Source: an uncultured Acidobacteriota bacterium (GTDB lineage Bacteria; Acidobacteriota; Vicinamibacteria; Fen-336). From it: a stretch of 64,000 bases of DNA. The notes under the pieces are model-generated. The model had not been told where the DNA came from, did not search any database, and saw nothing but the letters and a program-made list of their open reading frames with translations. This document shows, piece by piece, positions 1-8,772 of the stretch (position 1 is the stretch's first letter; the number at the start of each line of letters is the position of its first letter). The DNA is taken from positions 3,840,001 through 3,904,000 of the forward strand of contig OY970399.1 of the NCBI GenBank assembly GCA_963720545.1, read 5' to 3'. The position numbers and the translations under genes are program-made.

Positions 1-2190
1 GCGGCGGCGCACCACTTCCATGCAGGCAGCTTCCAGCGCGAGCCGGCACAGGCCAGGAACCACCTCCGCCGCGGCCGTCGCCGGCAGCTCTGCGGTGCCG
101 GCCACGGCCAACGCATCCTCAAGATAACGACCGACTGGGTCGAGACAGCGCCGCGTCTCGACCAGTGAGCGATCGCGGCGCGTCACCTCGATGATGTCGG
201 CGGCGATGTCGAGACGGCGCACGGCTTCGGGCAACCGGTCGTCGTGGGTGAAGACCAGCACCTGGCGGTCGGCGGAGGCGCTCTCGAGCACGCGGGCCAG
301 ACCGTCCACGCGCGCCGGATCCATGGACTGCACCGGGTCGTCGATGACGATGAAACGGAATGGGCTCTCGGGCAGCGTGGCGCGCGGTACGAAGAGACTG
401 AGCGCCAGCGAGTGCAGCTCGCCCTGGCTCATCACGCCAAGCGCCGCGCCGGGGACGCCGTCCACCGTGACGTCGAGGACCACCCGCCGCCTGGTGCCAT
501 CGCCGGTCAGTTGAATGCGGCCAAGCTCGACGTGGCTCTGCTGCCGAAGGTGAGCCCAATGGCCGGCGGCCCGATCGGCGATGGGTCCGAAGCGATCGTC
601 GCGGATGCCGGCGGCGGCTTTCTTGAGCCACGTCTCCGCGGGCTTGAGCCGGTCGAGATCCGCCTTGCCGCGCGTCGCGTCCACCGCTTGCGCGAGCCAG
701 CCCGAGACGAGCAACGCCACCGGCCGCCAGGCATCTTCGCGGCGGCCCAGCTCCTTCCGCGCCTCGTCGCGCAGCTTGACCAGGGCATCCGCCAACGGCT
801 CTCGAGCCTGCTCGACGTGTTTCGCCAGGCGTTCCAGGTCGGTGATCGCCGCGCCCTCGTTCCAAACACCGAGCGCGGCGACGAACGCTGTGAGGTCGAA
901 GCCGATTTCGATGGCCCGCTGCAGGGGCTCCGGCTTCAGAACGACGAGCCCCTCCCAGAGTCGGCGCGCCGACGCAGCGCGTTCGTGTGCCGCATCCGCC
1001 ACCACCGCGGCGCCGCGCAGCTTGCCCACCGAGCCTTGCTGCTTCTTTGCCCAGGCGCGGTCGAGGGCCTTCTTCTCGCCGCAGACCGGGCAGTCGCCGT
1101 CGCCGTGCGCCGCATGGAACGCGAGCGCCAGCTCCAGGATTTGCGCGGCATCGCGCGAACGCGCCGCCTCGGTGCGCGCGGCCGCCTTCAGGTCGGCGGC
1201 GGCGGCGCGCATCTCGGCCACCGCCGTCGCGACATGCGCCGGATCGGGCGGCTCGAGGCTGGCGATCATCAGGAAGGTATCGGTGGGTGCCGTACCCCCG
1301 CCCGTGGCAGGTGCGCCGGCGAGGATGTCGCCGACGGCGGCGAGATCCCACTCCTTGCCCTCGATTGCGCCGACGACCCGCCGCGCGCGGTCGTCGTTCA
1401 CGGCGCGCAACGCTTCGAGCAGCGGCACCCGCGCGTCCATCACGTCTTTCAGCGCCTTCTCGCGCTCGCGCCGGGCGTCCTGGAATGCCCCTTGCGCCTG
1501 CACGAGTTCCTCGAGGCCGAGGATTGCGGAAAGCGCGTCGTAGAGCTTCGACGGGCCCTCGTCGAGGAGCGAACCGAGTTCGTTGTAGGAGAGGAATGGC
1601 CGGTGCGTTCTCAGCGCCGAGGTCCAGCCGAGGGAATCGAGGTCGGAGACACCGCTGCCGTTGAGCTCGACGGCCACCGCCGCGACATTGGCGCTGAACT
1701 CGGCGCCGTCCTCCCAGCGGCGGGCCACCACGCAAGGAGCCGCCGCGCCTTCGATCACGAACACGCCCTGAACCAGCGCCGTCGGCTGGTGGAGGTTGCG
1801 CCAGCCGTCGCGCCAGACGGCAGCGCGTTCCTTCCAGCGCATGCTGTCGCCGGTGAGCAGCACCTCGAGGGCTTCGGCGAAGCTGGATTTCCCCGAGCCG
1901 TTGCGGCCGACGACCAGCGTCAGGCCCGGCCCCGGCGTCACCTCGAGGGTCTGCCGCGGACCGATACCGCGAAAGCCTTCGACCGTGATGGAGCGCAGGA
2001 ACGCGCCGCCGGCGGCCGCATGAGTCGGCGTGCCCTTGTCCGGCTTTGCCCCTGCGGCGTCGCCCTGCAGCTGCTCTTCGAGTTGCGGGCGCCCGGCGAG
2101 CGCCGCGAATACCAGCGGCGCCCAGGGCGCATCGCGCACCTCATCGGCGTCGAGTCGGGAGAGAACGATGCGCCGCAGCCCCGCGTCCAC
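1..2190 (-). CDS. Rad50/SbcC/RloC-like ABC-type ATPase with coiled coil and zinc hook (3' end outside the window)
   Basis: Not in the ORF track; translated by hand from GTG at 2190. Shows LRSITVEGFRGIG, Walker A GRNGSGKS, CPVCG hook (~1080-1095), signature MSQGE, Walker B IVIDDPVQSMD and FTHDD. Same frame at both ends. Confidence 0.9.
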   Translation of the reverse strand, partial: MDAGLRRIVLSRLDADEVRDAPWAPLVFAALAGRPQLEEQLQGDAAGAKPDKGTPTHAAAGGAFLRSITVEGFRGIGPRQTLEVTPGPGLTLVVGRNGSGKSSFAEALEVLLTGDSMRWKERAAVWRDGWRNLHQPTALVQGVFVIEGAAAPCVVARRWEDGAEFSANVAAVAVELNGSGVSDLDSLGWTSALRTHRPFLSYNELGSLLDEGPSKLYDALSAILGLEELVQAQGAFQDARREREKALKDVMDARVPLLEALRAVNDDRARRVVGAIEGKEWDLAAVGDILAGAPATGGGTAPTDTFLMIASLEPPDPAHVATAVAEMRAAAADLKAAARTEAARSRDAAQILELALAFHAAHGDGDCPVCGEKKALDRAWAKKQQGSVGKLRGAAVVADAAHERAASARRLWEGLVVLKPEPLQRAIEIGFDLTAFVAALGVWNEGAAITDLERLAKHVEQAREPLADALVKLRDEARKELGRREDAWRPVALLVSGWLAQAVDATRGKADLDRLKPAETWLKKAAAGIRDDRFGPIADRAAGHWAHLRQQSHVELGRIQLTGDGTRRRVVLDVTVDGVPGAALGVMSQGELHSLALSLFVPRATLPESPFRFIVIDDPVQSMDPARVDGLARVLESASADRQVLVFTHDDRLPEAVRRLDIAADIIEVTRRDRSLVETRRCLDPVGRYLEDALAVAGTAELPATAAAEVVPGLCRLALEAACMEVVRRR

Positions 2191-2553
2191 GAGCCAAGTG
2201 TAAGCGGTCTCTTGATGGGTGCCGGCGTGACTCTTGTTGATGCCCCAGGCGAGTGTCGGGCACGAGTTGTGCTACCCCATTCGTCAAGGCGGTGAGAATT
2301 AACGCCGGACAACAACTCGAAAATTCGCGGGCAGAGAATCCTTGGGCAGGTTCTGGGCTGCGGCTACGCTATGGCTGTAGCCGTTGAAGGGCTGAGTCAG
2401 CCCGCAGGTTTCATTTGGATTGGTAGCGGATTCGGTGCCTCCGAGTGAGCCCGACGCGTCAGTGTAACCGGCGATCGCCTGAGACGGTTGTCTGATGGTG
2501 CAGTGCGTCGTGTCGTTGGGAGCGCGCAGTTTGCAGCTTCGAAGGGAGGTGCT

Positions 2554-4719
2554 GTGGCTTTCTCGAGAGATGCTGGAAAGGACCGGCCGCTCTACGTCTG
2601 CATGCTGAGTCTGCACGGTTTGGTACGCGGCCGCGAACCTGAACTCGGTCGCGACGCGGACACCGGCGGTCAGGTCCTCTATGTGCTGGAGGAGACCCGG
2701 GCGCTGGCCGTGCTACCAGAGGTGTCGCGGGTCGATCTCGTGACCCGTTTGATCGAAGACTCAGCGGTCTCGCCAGACTACGCGGTCGAGCGCGAACCGC
2801 TCGTGCCGGGCGCCGAAATCGTCCGGCTGCGGTTCGGCCCACCGCGCTATCTGCGCAAGGAAGTGCTCTGGCCGCATCTCGACGTCGCCGTCGACCGCCT
2901 GCTTCAGTTCTTCCATCAACAGCGGCGAATCCCGGATCTGGTCCATGGTCACTATGCGGACGCGGGCTACGTGGCGCGCGAGCTGTCCCGGCTGCTGGGT
3001 GTGCCACAGATCCACACCAGCCACGCGCTCGGTCGGCTAAAGAGGTCGCGGCTGCTCGACACAGGCATGCGGCCCGACTCGATCGAACGGCAGTTCAACA
3101 TGGTGCGGCGAGTCGGGGTCGAAGAGGTCGTGCTGCGCGACAGCTCGCTCGTGGTCGTCGGTACGCGCAGCGAGTACGACGACCACGTGACCCACTACGA
3201 CAACGCCCGGCACGCGTCGCTGGTTCAGATTCCGCCAGGGACAGATACCGAACGTTTTCACCCGCCGCGCCGCGAGTGGCGGGCGCCGGCGATCCGCGCC
3301 GAGATCGACCGGTTTCTGACCAAGCCGGCGAAGCCGTTGATCCTTGCGATCTCGCGCCCCGCGAAGGGAAAGAACGTGGTCGGGCTGCTCGAGGCCTACG
3401 GCGGCAGCAAGGAGCTGCGCGACGCCTCGAACCTCGTCCTCATACTCGGCAGCCGGGACGACATCTCCGCTATGGAAGACAACCCGCGCGACGTCTTCAC
3501 CAGTCTTCTGCTCGCGATCGATCGCCTCGATCTCTACGGCAAGGTTTCCATGCCCAAACGGCACGGCACCGAAGACGTTCCCGAAATCTACCGGCTCGCC
3601 TTCAAGCGCCGCGGCGTGCTAGTCAACACGAGCACGTCAGAACTGTTCGGCCTGACGCTCATCGAAGCGGCGGCCTCGGGCCTGCCAGTCGTCGCCACCC
3701 GCCACGGCGGGCCGCCGGACATCGTCGCCAATTGCCGCAACGGCCTGTTGGTGGATCCTCACAATGCGGACGAAATCGTCGCGGCCCTTTTGCACGCCCT
3801 GCGCTCGCGGGACGACTGGAAGCGCTGGTCGGTCAACGGGATTCGCGGCGTCGCGCGCCACTACACGTGGCCCGCGCACGCGCAGCGCTACCTGCGCGAG
3901 GTGCGGCGCGTCCTGCGCCGCCACCGCAAGCGGCGGCGCCGCTGGCTGAACGATGTCGCCGCGCCCACCCGCTCACGCCTGCCGACGGTGGATCGGCTGC
4001 TGGTCGCAGATCTCGACGACACGCTGCTGGGCGATTCCGCCGGCCTGGGCGCCTTCGTAGACCATCTTGCCGCCAATCGTGTGGGCACGGCGTTCGGAAT
4101 CGCCACCGGTCGCGCACCCGGCTCGGCGATGCGCCTGATACGCGACCACGGCGTGCCGCCTCCAGACGTGCTGATCGCGGCTGTCGGCAGCGAGATCTAC
4201 TACGGACGTGAGCTTGCGAAGGACGAAGCCTGGGCTCGTCATATCCGAGCCGACTGGCGTCGAGAAGCAGTGGCGGTCGCGCTCGAAGAATTGCCGGGGA
4301 TGCGGTTGCAGCCGAAACAGAACCAGCGCGACTTGAAGCTCAGCTATACCGTGGATCCGCGGACGATGCCGACTCTTGTCGAGATTCGCCGGGCGCTGCG
4401 GCGCGCGGGCCTCAAGGCGACGATCATATTTTCCAGGGACCGCCACCTGGACTTTCTACCGCTCCGTGCCTCGAAGGGCCGCGCCATCCGATACTTGTCA
4501 TACCGCTGGGGTTTTCCGCTCGATCACATCCTCGTGGCTGGCGATTCGGGAAACGACGAGGAGATGTTGCGCGGCGACACGCTCGGCGTCGTGGTCGGAA
4601 ATCACAGCCCGGAGCTCGACCGGTTGCGCGGCGGCCATCAGGTGCTGTTTTCCAAAGGCTCCTACGCCTGGGGAATCCTGGAAGCGATCGATCACTACGA
4701 GTTCTTCCCGCCTGCATGA
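2554..4719 (+). CDS. sps: Sucrose-phosphate synthase (GT4) fused to HAD-IIB sucrose-phosphate phosphatase
   Basis: SLHGLVRG..ELGRDADTGGQVLYV, HGHYADAG, ELFGLTLIEAAASG; HAD motifs DLDDT and GDSGND. GGAGG RBS before GTG 2554. Confidence 0.92.
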   Translation: MAFSRDAGKDRPLYVCMLSLHGLVRGREPELGRDADTGGQVLYVLEETRALAVLPEVSRVDLVTRLIEDSAVSPDYAVEREPLVPGAEIVRLRFGPPRYLRKEVLWPHLDVAVDRLLQFFHQQRRIPDLVHGHYADAGYVARELSRLLGVPQIHTSHALGRLKRSRLLDTGMRPDSIERQFNMVRRVGVEEVVLRDSSLVVVGTRSEYDDHVTHYDNARHASLVQIPPGTDTERFHPPRREWRAPAIRAEIDRFLTKPAKPLILAISRPAKGKNVVGLLEAYGGSKELRDASNLVLILGSRDDISAMEDNPRDVFTSLLLAIDRLDLYGKVSMPKRHGTEDVPEIYRLAFKRRGVLVNTSTSELFGLTLIEAAASGLPVVATRHGGPPDIVANCRNGLLVDPHNADEIVAALLHALRSRDDWKRWSVNGIRGVARHYTWPAHAQRYLREVRRVLRRHRKRRRRWLNDVAAPTRSRLPTVDRLLVADLDDTLLGDSAGLGAFVDHLAANRVGTAFGIATGRAPGSAMRLIRDHGVPPPDVLIAAVGSEIYYGRELAKDEAWARHIRADWRREAVAVALEELPGMRLQPKQNQRDLKLSYTVDPRTMPTLVEIRRALRRAGLKATIIFSRDRHLDFLPLRASKGRAIRYLSYRWGFPLDHILVAGDSGNDEEMLRGDTLGVVVGNHSPELDRLRGGHQVLFSKGSYAWGILEAIDHYEFFPPA

Positions 4720-6215
4720 ACGTTCACCGTCGACTACGGCGTGAACCGTGGCGGCCACAATTCCATTTCACACCGCTGCGCAACTGGATGAACGACCCCA
4801 ACGGCTGCTTCCAGCACCAAGGGGTGTTCCATTTGTTTTACCAATACAGCGCCGAAGCACCGACCCATCGCGCGATCTCGTGGGGCCACGCGACCAGTTG
4901 GGACATGGTGCATTGGCGCCATTTGCCGGTAGCCATCCGCCGAACCACTTCTGACTGGGTCTATTCGGGCAATGCTTTGGTCGATCGCGAAAACCGAAGC
5001 GGCCTGCAGAAGGGCAACCAGCCGCCGTGCCTGGCATTTTTCACAAACAGCCGGCGCAGCCGCACGCGCGCGCAGCACCAGACCGTTGACCTGGCCTTCA
5101 GCACCGACGGCGGCTGGCACTGGCAGCGCTATGGAAGTAACCCGCTGGCCGATCCAGGCCGGCACGTCTTCGACGCACCCTATGTGTTTCGTTTTCCAGG
5201 CGATGGCGACTATCGAATGCTCGTCGGTGAGCGCCTTGGCGGGCTGACCGGACCGCCCGGTCGTTTCTCGATCTACCGGTCGAGGAACCTACTGCACTGG
5301 GAGCGTGTCGGCCAGATCGGCCCATTCGGGCGGCGCAGCGAGGTCTGGGAGGTACCTGTACTCGTGCCCATGCGGGTTGGCGGCCGCCGTCACTGGGTCC
5401 TGATCTGGAGCGTCGTCGATCGAACCCGCGCCGGTTGGACGGGCACACGCTATCTGGTCGGGGCCTTCGACGGCACACGTTTCGTTCCGCTGCACCATGA
5501 GGATAAGGGAAGGGTTTTCGACTTCGGCGCCGACGTCTATGCGCCGCTCGTGTGGTCGCATGTTGCCGGACCACCAATCGTGATTGCGTGGATGAGCGAC
5601 TGGAACTACGCCGCCCGTATCCCGACCACAGGCGCGTTCACCGGCGGCCCGCTGACCGTGCCGCGCGAGCTGCGACTGGTCAAGACTCGTTCGGGAACGA
5701 TGCTGTCACAAGCACCGATCCGGGCGTTGCGCGTCCTGCGCGGCCCCCGCTTGCGCGCCGTCAACTTGAGAATCGAGGCCGAACCAACCGCCCTGCCCGC
5801 GCCGCCAGCCGCGTTCGATTGCTTCGAGCTCGAGATCCGGTTTCGTAGTCGCGCCGCCCGGTTCGGAGTGTTGATTCACGGAGCACCTGGCGAGGTCACG
5901 GAACTCGGCTACGACACGCGAGCGCACATGCTCTACATTGACCGCACCCGTTCCGGCGTCGTTGGCTTCGCGCGCCGTTTCCCGACCGTTTTGAAAGCAC
6001 CCGTCGGTCCCGGCGAGGTGCCAGCGACGCTGCGCGTCTTCGTCGACCGGTCGTCGATCGAACTGTTTGGCGCGCGCGGAACGCGAGCGATCACGGCGCA
6101 GGTGTATCCACGGGGCGGCCATCGCCGTGTCGAACTGTTTGTCGAGGGCGGCCGCGCCACTGCCACATACTCGTTCTGGCCGCTGCGCTCGATCTGGCGC
6201 TCCTCCGAGTCCTAG
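4716..6215 (+). CDS. Glycoside hydrolase family 32 (invertase/levanase-like), cytoplasmic, with atypical motifs
   Basis: HFTP..NWMNDPNG, HLFYQY, WGHATSWD, YSG, WEVP and C-terminal FVDRSSIELF. ATGA overlap with sps. Confidence 0.9.
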   Translation: MNVHRRLRREPWRPQFHFTPLRNWMNDPNGCFQHQGVFHLFYQYSAEAPTHRAISWGHATSWDMVHWRHLPVAIRRTTSDWVYSGNALVDRENRSGLQKGNQPPCLAFFTNSRRSRTRAQHQTVDLAFSTDGGWHWQRYGSNPLADPGRHVFDAPYVFRFPGDGDYRMLVGERLGGLTGPPGRFSIYRSRNLLHWERVGQIGPFGRRSEVWEVPVLVPMRVGGRRHWVLIWSVVDRTRAGWTGTRYLVGAFDGTRFVPLHHEDKGRVFDFGADVYAPLVWSHVAGPPIVIAWMSDWNYAARIPTTGAFTGGPLTVPRELRLVKTRSGTMLSQAPIRALRVLRGPRLRAVNLRIEAEPTALPAPPAAFDCFELEIRFRSRAARFGVLIHGAPGEVTELGYDTRAHMLYIDRTRSGVVGFARRFPTVLKAPVGPGEVPATLRVFVDRSSIELFGARGTRAITAQVYPRGGHRRVELFVEGGRATATYSFWPLRSIWRSSES

Positions 6216-6275
6216 GCATAGATATAGCGGGCATGTCTATGGTCGTCTAAGCCGGATGGGTTCATGAACTTGGAG

Positions 6276-6351
<76 letters not shown>

Positions 6352-6392
6352 GATGAACGGTGGCGGGAGCGGTATTGTAACCTACGCGACGC

Positions 6393-7067
6393 ATGAGCGA
6401 TGCCCGCGCGAGCATCGAAACACTAGGCGATTCGGCCCTGCTGGTGCGTTTTGGCAGCGCCGTCGATGCGGCGCTGAACGCGCGCGTGCATCGTCTCTCG
6501 CGGCGCTTGTCGAAGGCGCCGCCGCCGTGGGTGCGCGACATCGTGCCCGCGTACGCGACCCTCGCCGTCATCGTCGATTCCGCGGATCCACGACTGGGCA
6601 GCGAGCCGCTGCACCTCGTGCACGCGTGGCTTGCGAACTGGCTTGCCGAGACCGATGCGCGCATGCCGCTCGAGGCCGCAAAAGAGTTTTCGGTGGCGGT
6701 CCGATACGGCGGGGAGTTCGGGCCGGACCTCGAAGCCGCGGCTTTGGAACTCGGCATGACTCAGGAAGAAGTGATCGCGCGCCACGTCGCCGGGCAGTAC
6801 CGCGTGGCGATGATCGGCTTCTCGCCGGGGTTCCCGTTCCTGATGGGCCTCGATCCGGCGATCGCCCTGCCGCGCCTCGCGCAGCCACGGGTGCTGGTGC
6901 CCGGCGGCAGCGTCGGCATCGGCGGCGCGCAGACCGGCATCTATCCGCGCGACAGCCCGGGCGGTTGGCGAATCATCGGGCGCACGTCGCTGGTGCTGTT
7001 CGACGCTTCGCGCGAGCCGCCGGCGCTGCTGGCGCCCGGCGACGGCGTGCGGTTCGTGGCGGAATGA
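6393..7067 (+). CDS. pxpB: 5-oxoprolinase subunit B
   Basis: LGDSALLV, DIVPAY, YGGEFGPDL, GFSPGFPFL, QTGIYP..SPGGWRIIGRT. Confidence 0.93.
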   Translation: MSDARASIETLGDSALLVRFGSAVDAALNARVHRLSRRLSKAPPPWVRDIVPAYATLAVIVDSADPRLGSEPLHLVHAWLANWLAETDARMPLEAAKEFSVAVRYGGEFGPDLEAAALELGMTQEEVIARHVAGQYRVAMIGFSPGFPFLMGLDPAIALPRLAQPRVLVPGGSVGIGGAQTGIYPRDSPGGWRIIGRTSLVLFDASREPPALLAPGDGVRFVAE

Positions 7068-8029
7068 CGCTCACCATCGTCAAGCCGGGGATGCTGACGA
7101 CGGTGCAGGACCTCGGCCGTCATGGGTTTCGCCACTACGGTGTGCCTTCGGGAGGGGCCGTAGACGAGGTGTCGTTCGTGCTCGCTAACCTGCTGGTGGG
7201 CAACCCGCCCGGCGCCGCGGCCCTGGAGATGACGATGCTCGGGCCGACGGTGCGTTTCGATCGCCCGGTGCGTGTCGCGCTCTGCGGCGCTGACGCGGAC
7301 GCGGAAGTTGCTGGGGCGCGCCTGCCATGGTGGCGGCCGGTGGACCTGCCGCGCGGCGCGGAGATCAGGATCGGTGCCCTCGAGCGCGGCGCGCGCGCGT
7401 ACCTCGCGATCGACGGAGGCATAACGGTGAAGAGCGTGATGGGCAGCTCGGCCACCGACCTGCGGGGCGGCTTCGGCGGCGCGGACGGGCGCGCGTTGTC
7501 TGCCGGCGCGGAGCTTGCGCTTGGCGGAAGGCGGACGGATGTGGCCGCCGACCAGATGCAATCTGTGCCTTGGTACGTGGATCCGCGGCCCGACCTGGTC
7601 CTGGACGGGCCGATAGCGATCGGCGTGTTGAGCGCAGCGGACGAGCTTACGGAGCCCGACGCGCTGAACGCAGCAGAGTGGAACGTGTCGGTTGACAGCA
7701 ACCGCCAGGCGCTGCGGCTCGTCGGTCCGCCGCTCACGCTGCAGGTGCCCGGCGAGCGCGTCTCGGAACCGGTTGTTCCCGGTACCGTGCAGATGCCCCC
7801 GACCGGGCTGCCGATCGTCCTACTCGCCGACGCGCAGACCGTTGGCGGCTACCCGCGCATTGGCCACGTGCAGTCGACCGACCTGCCGCGCCTCGGGCAG
7901 GCGCGGCCCGGCGACGTGCTGCGGTTCCACCGTGTCGACGCGGCCGCGGCGGCCGCCGCCGCTTGCGAAAGGCGCGAGCGCCTTGCCCGACTGGCGGGGG
8001 CGATTGGTGAGCGACTCCTTGGAACCTAG
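7064..8029 (+). CDS. pxpC: 5-oxoprolinase subunit C
   Basis: MTLTIVKPGMLTTVQDLGR, ANLLVGN, DAQTVGGYPRIG; ATGA overlap. Confidence 0.93.
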   Translation: MTLTIVKPGMLTTVQDLGRHGFRHYGVPSGGAVDEVSFVLANLLVGNPPGAAALEMTMLGPTVRFDRPVRVALCGADADAEVAGARLPWWRPVDLPRGAEIRIGALERGARAYLAIDGGITVKSVMGSSATDLRGGFGGADGRALSAGAELALGGRRTDVAADQMQSVPWYVDPRPDLVLDGPIAIGVLSAADELTEPDALNAAEWNVSVDSNRQALRLVGPPLTLQVPGERVSEPVVPGTVQMPPTGLPIVLLADAQTVGGYPRIGHVQSTDLPRLGQARPGDVLRFHRVDAAAAAAAACERRERLARLAGAIGERLLGT

Positions 8030-8771
8030 GGTCATCGACTTCAACTGCGACATGGGTGAAGGCTGCGGCGACGATGCGTCGCTTGTCCGCTGGATCAGCT
8101 CCGCGAGCATCGCCTGCGGCGGCCATGCTGGCGACGTCGAAACCATGCGCCGCACTGTGACCCTGTGCCGCGACGCGGGTGTTGCCGTGGGCGCGCATCC
8201 GTCGCTGCGCGACCGCGAAGGCTTTGGGCGTGCCGAGAAGCCCATCACCGCGGCGGAAGCGTTCGACCTGGTGGCGGAACAGACGGCGGACCTTGCTGCG
8301 ATCTGCCGTGTCGAGGGCGCGCCGCTGCGCCACGTCAAGCCACACGGCGCGCTCTACAACATGGCAGTGCGCCGCCCCGAGTTGGCCGAAGCCATCGCGC
8401 GCGCCGTGTACGCGGCGTCGCCGACGCTGCGGCTGTTCGGACTCTCCGGCAGCGCCATGACCGCAGCGGGTGAGGCGGCGGGGCTGCGCGTGTTGCACGA
8501 GGTGTTCGCCGAGCGGAGTTACGAAGCCGACGGTTCGCTGACGCCGCGCTCGCAGCCGGGCGCCGTCCTCGAGACGGTGGGCGAGGCGGTGGCGCAGGCG
8601 CTGCGGCTCGCAACCGAGGGTGCGGTCACGGCACGCACTGGGGAGCGAGTGGCGGTCCGCGCCGACACGCTGTGCCTGCACGGCGATCGACCCGATGCGC
8701 TCGGCTTCGCCATGGCCGTGCGTGCCGCACTGGAGCGCGCCGGGATACGAATCGCCGCCCCCGCGGCTTGA
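8007..8771 (+). CDS. pxpA: 5-oxoprolinase subunit A (LamB/YcsF)
   Basis: IDFNCDMGE, SIACGGHAGD, HVKPHGALYN, TLCLHGD. Confidence 0.93.
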   Translation: MSDSLEPRVIDFNCDMGEGCGDDASLVRWISSASIACGGHAGDVETMRRTVTLCRDAGVAVGAHPSLRDREGFGRAEKPITAAEAFDLVAEQTADLAAICRVEGAPLRHVKPHGALYNMAVRRPELAEAIARAVYAASPTLRLFGLSGSAMTAAGEAAGLRVLHEVFAERSYEADGSLTPRSQPGAVLETVGEAVAQALRLATEGAVTARTGERVAVRADTLCLHGDRPDALGFAMAVRAALERAGIRIAAPAA

Positions 8772-8772
8772 A

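Noticed and set aside
119..2295. Long ORFs 119-1735(-) and 244-2295(+)
   Set aside because: Shadow frames of the ATPase in high-GC DNA. The same applies to most other overlapping ORFs in the track.
2258..2430. sigma54-like GGGCACG-N4-GTGCT, short hairpins and a possible IS-end-like stretch upstream of sps
   Set aside because: The motif is imperfect and ~280 nt from the start; there is no transposase or partner inverted repeat.
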